From IMG/VR virus record IMGVR_UViG_3300048929_000741, positions 14,351 to 78,350 of that record: DNA of 64,000 nucleotides, one strand, 5' to 3'. Below the pieces are notes generated by a model. It did no database searches and had not been told where the DNA came from. It worked only from the letters and a program-made list of their open reading frames with translations. The position numbers and the translations under genes were made by a program. The stretch comes from a virus. Numbering within the stretch: the first letter of the stretch is position 1; the number at the start of each line of letters is the position of its first letter. Below are positions 59,053 to 64,000 of this stretch, one piece after another.

Positions 59053-62000
59053 ATGGCTGATGTAATTGATGATCTGAAAGTCCAAATAGATGCCAATACA
59101 AACAGTGCTGATGCCAAAATAGATAAATTCATACAAAAGATGATATCTTTGCAATCTGCTATATCTGGGATTGAGATGTCCGGTGCAAATCAGGTGGCCT
59201 CTGGAATAAATCAGATTGCTTCATCTATCCAGAGTTTTAATGAACGAACTAAAACAGCAGATTTTTCAAGAGTAACTAGGGGATTAAATAAACTGGGAGC
59301 TGTTGATGTTCAAGGAGTAAGCAATGCTTCCAGAGCAATGTCGACTTTGTCGACTAATTTAGGTAGCATGGGGACAATTTCCTATGATTCACAGGGAATA
59401 ATTAATCTTGCGTACTCTATTTCCAAATTGGGTGGAAAAACAGTTACTCAAGCTACCCAGAATATCCCTTTGCTTAGAGGAAATCTGCAAGGTTTTATTC
59501 AGACAATGAATGGACTTAATTCAGTGACTTTCGATGCTTCCGGATTAAATTCACTGGTAGGTTCTATTTCCAAATTGGGTAGCAAGTCAGCGGGAAATGC
59601 CAATCCCAATATTCAGGCCCTTGGCGTTGCATTAAAAACCATGATGCAAACATTGTCTGGTGCGCCGGCGGTAAATAAGAATCTTATTCAGATGACCAAT
59701 GCGCTGGCAAATTTGGCTTCCAACGGTTCAAAGGTATCAAGTGCCAGCCATGCTATGACGAATAGCCTAAATTCCTATTCCATCAGTGCCGGAAAGGCTA
59801 AAGGCAGTACTAAAGGTCTTGTTTCTCAAATTGGTATGCTTTATGCGAAGTATTTTCTTTTAGTTCGTGGAATTAAGGGATTATGGAAAGCAACAGAATC
59901 TTCCATGGACTACATAGAGACACTTAATTATTTTGATGCTGCATGGGGGCAAGTAGCGGATAATGCTATCGGAAGTTGGAAGCAATCTGGCTATGATTCT
60001 GCCGAAGCCTATGCTGATTCCTTTAGCAAACGAGCCCAAGATTTAACTGGGAAGATGTCCGGGTTTAAGGCTGATGATAATGGTAACTTAGTTTCAACAG
60101 GTATGCCAAGCTTGGGTATTGATCCTGATAAGGTCATGAACTATCAGGCTACCTTTGGACAAATGGCATCTTCCATGGGCGTAGCTTCTGAGACTGCTTT
60201 GCAGTTGTCTAATGCTCTAACCATGATAGGAGCAGATCTTGCTTCTGTGAAAAACATGAATTTCGAAGATGTTTGGAATGACATGGCCTCTGGTATGGTT
60301 GGTATGAGCCGGACCCTGGATAAATACGGCGTTAATATCCGAAACGTGAACTTGCAAGAAAAACTGCATGAACTGGGAATAAAGACAAAAATAACAGCTT
60401 TAAACCAGCAGGATAAAGCATTATTGAGAACCATGATCCTATTAGATTCCACCCGTTATGCATGGGGAGATTTATCAAATACCCTGGGACAGCCTGCAAA
60501 CCAGTTACGATTATTACAATCCAATTTCGCCAATTTGGCGCGGACTATAGGAAATTTGTTTCTCCCTATTGTGGCAACAGTTCTCCCCTACATTAATGCG
60601 TTGGTGATTGCGGTTCAAAGATTATTTTCTTGGATCGGAAGCCTTCTTGGTATTAAAATCGGATCCCTTGGATCTTCTATTGGTTCGGCCTCCGTTGACA
60701 TGGACGGATTGGAAGAGGCTGCTGGCGGCGTAGCTGACAAGATGGGTGATGCTGCAGATAAGTCTAAAAAGATGGCAAGTAATTTACAATCCTTTGATAA
60801 ATTAAACGTAATAAATTCCAGTGATAGTTCTTCCGGATCCGGAAGTGGTGGAGCAGGGCCCGGTAGTGGATTGCTTGACGAGGCTTTCTTAGATTCATTT
60901 TCTGAATATCAAGCGGCATGGGACAAGGCCTTTTCCAATATGGAAAACTCTGCTCAGAACATGGCAGATAAAATTGAAAATGCCTTTAAGAGAGTTTGGG
61001 AAGCAGCAGAGCCCACAAGAGAGGCTTTGAATCGATTATGGAATGAAGGATTTGCGCAACTTGGAAACTTTACATGGACCGCCCTCAAGGACTTCTGGAG
61101 TGAGTTCTTAGTGCCACTTGGTAAATGGACATTGGGAACCGGACTTCCTATGTTCATTGATTGTATAAATAACTTTTTGATGAAGATTGATTTTCAAGCA
61201 ATTAACGCCGCATTAAAGAATTTCTGGCAGGCACTGGAACCATTTGCAGAAAAAGTAGGAGAAGGATTAATTAGATTTTTCGGTGATCTTTTATCATTTG
61301 GTGCTGACTTTATCAATGCAGTGGTACCAGGAGGACTTAACAGCATTGCAGATGCATTAAGAAAAATAAGCCCGGAGCAGGCTGAAAAGATAGGATATGC
61401 CTTGGGAGTTATTGCCACCGCTTTAACTGGACTGAAAATTATTGGAACAGTGGCGACAGGACTTGAAACAATTTCTAAGATATTTGGTGGTTCATCAATA
61501 GCAAAGGGCTTTGGCATATTAAAAGGAGGAGCTGGCATTGTAGGTAATTTAGCACTAAAATTATTGAATTTGCTAGGGGTGGGAAAGCTTCTTTTAAAAT
61601 TCACGCCGTTTTCCACATTGGCAACTGATATGGCTTTGTCTGGCGCATCTTTGCCTACACTTTTAAAGTCATTAATTTTAACGCCAATTATTACTTTTTT
61701 CACTTCTACATTGCCGACCGCTTTTGCTGGCTTAGCCGGCTCGATAGGAAGTTCATTAGGGTTAACTGGAGCTGCAGCTGTAACTGCCGGCGGAGCGCTC
61801 ATAATTGCAGCCATAGCGGCAGTAGTTGCAGGAATCGTTTATGCAGTCACACATTGGGACGAAATAAAGGAGTTTTGGACTCAGAAAGTCCCGGCGTGGT
61901 GGAACGGTACTGTATTACCATTCTTTGAATCTATCCCTGAAAAGCTCACTGGGGTATGGGACAAAGTAAAATCTACAGCTTTTTCAGCATGGGACAAATT

Positions 62001-63048
62001 AATTCAATATTTGACTGGGATTCCTGAGAGAATTGGAGTAATTGTCGAAAATATAGGAAATTGGTTTAGTGAACTGCCTGGAAAAATCGGATACGCTTTG
62101 GGATATGCTCTGGGAACTATAACCAAGTGGGGTATAGAAGTAGCTGATTATATGGCTAAGAAAATTCCTGAAATCGTAACTTCAGTGGTAATATGGTTTT
62201 CTGAAATGCCTGGGAAGATATATAATGCGATTGCTACATTTGCCGTTAATGTAGTTACATGGGGAGTTGAAACATATACTGCGTTTCAGCAAAAAGTATC
62301 TGAAATTATTGCCGGCGTAGTGATTTGGTTTACAGAGCTGCCTGGGAAAATATACGATGCGATAATCAAAATCAAAGATAACATTACTACTTGGGCTAAT
62401 AATACTATACAATTTTTTAAGACTGAGGTCCCCGTAATAATTGAAAAAGTAGTGGGATTCTTTGAAGAATTACCAAAGCAATTAATTACTGTAGGGGAAA
62501 ATATGATAAAAGGTTTGTGGAACGGTATTGCAAACTTAACGGATTGGATTGGAACAAATATAGCGAATTTCTGCGAAGGTGTGATAAAAGGATTTAAGGC
62601 AGGGTTTGATGAGCATTCACCTTCAAAAGAAGCGTTTCAAATTGGTGATTATTTTACTGTTGGACTTATGAATGGTATTGAGGATAAGTTTGGTGCTATT
62701 TATTCCAAAGTTGATGCCTTTGCAGATAATTTGACTGATTATCATATCGTGCTTCCATCAGTAGATAGTAGCGTACAGGTTAACCGAGAGTTCTTTGATA
62801 TGGTGGATACTTCCGCTAGTGTATCTTTTGATAATTCACAATATGATTTCAAAGCTGGCATATCTGCTGAGTTAAACGCGGCATTATCCGGAATTATTGA
62901 TTATGATCGTTTGGGAAATGTTCTGGCCGAGAAACTTGAGAGTGCCAAAATCACTGCAGAGTTGGATTCAGATAAAGCCTACAACAATGTAAAGGATAAC
63001 TGGAATAGGGAATATTCGCGGAATAAAAAGGCTCCGGTTCCTATTTAA
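59053..63048 (+). CDS. Tape measure protein
   Basis: 1331 aa helical, Trp/Phe periodic repeats, HSPSK motif. Confidence 0.92.
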   Translation: MADVIDDLKVQIDANTNSADAKIDKFIQKMISLQSAISGIEMSGANQVASGINQIASSIQSFNERTKTADFSRVTRGLNKLGAVDVQGVSNASRAMSTLSTNLGSMGTISYDSQGIINLAYSISKLGGKTVTQATQNIPLLRGNLQGFIQTMNGLNSVTFDASGLNSLVGSISKLGSKSAGNANPNIQALGVALKTMMQTLSGAPAVNKNLIQMTNALANLASNGSKVSSASHAMTNSLNSYSISAGKAKGSTKGLVSQIGMLYAKYFLLVRGIKGLWKATESSMDYIETLNYFDAAWGQVADNAIGSWKQSGYDSAEAYADSFSKRAQDLTGKMSGFKADDNGNLVSTGMPSLGIDPDKVMNYQATFGQMASSMGVASETALQLSNALTMIGADLASVKNMNFEDVWNDMASGMVGMSRTLDKYGVNIRNVNLQEKLHELGIKTKITALNQQDKALLRTMILLDSTRYAWGDLSNTLGQPANQLRLLQSNFANLARTIGNLFLPIVATVLPYINALVIAVQRLFSWIGSLLGIKIGSLGSSIGSASVDMDGLEEAAGGVADKMGDAADKSKKMASNLQSFDKLNVINSSDSSSGSGSGGAGPGSGLLDEAFLDSFSEYQAAWDKAFSNMENSAQNMADKIENAFKRVWEAAEPTREALNRLWNEGFAQLGNFTWTALKDFWSEFLVPLGKWTLGTGLPMFIDCINNFLMKIDFQAINAALKNFWQALEPFAEKVGEGLIRFFGDLLSFGADFINAVVPGGLNSIADALRKISPEQAEKIGYALGVIATALTGLKIIGTVATGLETISKIFGGSSIAKGFGILKGGAGIVGNLALKLLNLLGVGKLLLKFTPFSTLATDMALSGASLPTLLKSLILTPIITFFTSTLPTAFAGLAGSIGSSLGLTGAAAVTAGGALIIAAIAAVVAGIVYAVTHWDEIKEFWTQKVPAWWNGTVLPFFESIPEKLTGVWDKVKSTAFSAWDKLIQYLTGIPERIGVIVENIGNWFSELPGKIGYALGYALGTITKWGIEVADYMAKKIPEIVTSVVIWFSEMPGKIYNAIATFAVNVVTWGVETYTAFQQKVSEIIAGVVIWFTELPGKIYDAIIKIKDNITTWANNTIQFFKTEVPVIIEKVVGFFEELPKQLITVGENMIKGLWNGIANLTDWIGTNIANFCEGVIKGFKAGFDEHSPSKEAFQIGDYFTVGLMNGIEDKFGAIYSKVDAFADNLTDYHIVLPSVDSSVQVNREFFDMVDTSASVSFDNSQYDFKAGISAELNAALSGIIDYDRLGNVLAEKLESAKITAELDSDKAYNNVKDNWNREYSRNKKAPVPI

Positions 63049-63073
63049 AAATGTATTATTAGTCATTAAAAGT

Positions 63074-63103
63074 ACAAAGGCGAGATGTATTATCTCGCCT
63101 TTG
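63074..63103. terminator. Hairpin terminator after tape measure gene
   Basis: ACAAAGGCGAGAT-GTATT-ATCTCGCCTTTGT. Confidence 0.65.
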
Positions 63104-63379
63104 TGATAGAGAAGCTTCCTTATTATAATGCAAGATGAAACAGATAAAATTAATAGAGTAATATACAAGTAATATACAAAAACCTTAAAGTCCTCATGTA
63201 TGTGGAACTCTAATGCTACATCTAAAGTAGCTTAATCGCATATTCAAACCTCGGAAACCTCGTGTTTACGGGGTTTTTTGTTTTATATCAATAAGGAACT
63301 CTTCTGTGATAACCCTGTTCTATACTTGAATATTACTATATAGTATGGTATGTTTAAATATAAGATTGGGGGATTTAAT

Positions 63380-64000
63380 ATGAAAAAGCACCTTTTAACA
63401 GTGACATTGGCTCTTGGAATTATATGTATAACGGGCTGTTCAGAAAATGGTTCGGATATGCAAACAGCTGCTGAAATTAAAGGCGGTGTAAGCATTTATG
63501 AAGGAGATAAGAGAGTAATATTTAATTTGAGCACTTTGCCTTATGATATGGAATACAAAGAATACACTCCTCAATTTTCATCATGTGAAATGTATCAGGA
63601 TAAGTCAGACAATTTTTATACTCCTTACATCGTTGCAAAAGTTAAAATAGATGGAATTGATGATGAAACACTGCGTTGGTTTGATGAAGATTTATATGCT
63701 TATGGTACCATGTATAATGAGAAAAATCAATTAAACAACAATGAATTGTCAAAAATCTGTGTAACTGATAATAGCGGATATCGATATTATGTATTTTCAG
63801 ATTCATTACTTTTTTCTCATGATTATAGATACGATTTTTCGGAATCTTCTTTTAATGTGGGTTTTTTGATTCTTCAAGGAGAAGATTATAGAGCTTTGCA
63901 ATTTATTTATACTGGATTTTCAGGTTCAAATGTTAAGGATTTAAAAGATGCAGGCGAAGAAGTCTGGCGCGCAATCAAACAAAAACAAAATCCAAAGTAG
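63380..64000 (+). CDS. Lipoprotein (moron)
   Basis: Signal peptide with ITGC lipobox. Confidence 0.7.
   Translation: MKKHLLTVTLALGIICITGCSENGSDMQTAAEIKGGVSIYEGDKRVIFNLSTLPYDMEYKEYTPQFSSCEMYQDKSDNFYTPYIVAKVKIDGIDDETLRWFDEDLYAYGTMYNEKNQLNNNELSKICVTDNSGYRYYVFSDSLLFSHDYRYDFSESSFNVGFLILQGEDYRALQFIYTGFSGSNVKDLKDAGEEVWRAIKQKQNPK

Larger units (their letters stand above)
1..64000. mobile_element. Interior of a siphovirus-like temperate prophage (boundaries outside the window)
   Basis: Replication, terminase, portal, capsid, tail tube, tape measure, holin and endolysin genes, nearly all on +; no host housekeeping genes. Confidence 0.95.

Noticed and set aside
61194-61814. 206-aa antisense ORF and the many other short overlapping ORFs in the track
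   Set aside because: They are shadows of well-supported genes on the opposite strand or frame, with no RBS or motifs.
1-64000. CRISPR array
   Set aside because: No regularly spaced repeat-spacer series seen; periodic repeats at 44660-45620 are Kelch coding repeats.

Overview
The whole window is the interior of a long-tailed (siphovirus-like) temperate prophage of a low-GC Firmicute. A Lachnospiraceae/Clostridia host is inferred from gene content. No att site, repressor or host gene is visible. Gene order: replication (initiator with iterons, RNase H, primase-helicase; 1-3.3 kb); an accessory region with four methyltransferases, two tyrosine recombinases, AT-rich morons, putative small RNAs and a ~0.7 kb structured noncoding locus (3.3-27.5 kb); terminase, HNH and late activator (27.6-30.6 kb); a YydG/EpeE-like radical SAM plus small-peptide moron; then morphogenesis genes in a permuted order. 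The tail-tip/fibre/lysis block (32.4-44.3 kb) comes BEFORE the portal-capsid-tail-tape measure block (50.3-63.0 kb), and each block starts with a copy of the same ~42-bp late-promoter motif. Main discovery: a shufflon-like tail-fibre switching system. The fibre gene 39857-40819 contains TAAATAGCAATTTA (codons L-N-S-N-L). This site recurs in the same codon register ahead of three silent, start-less alternative C-terminal cassettes (40828-41220 -, 48261-48555 +, 48596-48880 -), two of them beyond the lysis module. Converging cassette pairs meet at a palindromic AAATGATCATTT site. A fifth site brackets an Abi-alpha/DUF4393-like gene, and the adjacent SOS-boxed gene looks deleted. Other notable points: morons whose promoter spacer is the reverse complement of their own terminator, a clear Tad1 anti-Thoeris sponge, an overprinted ORF in a C5 methyltransferase, and several nonsense/frameshift lesions suggesting decay. 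All family calls are from motif recognition without database searches.
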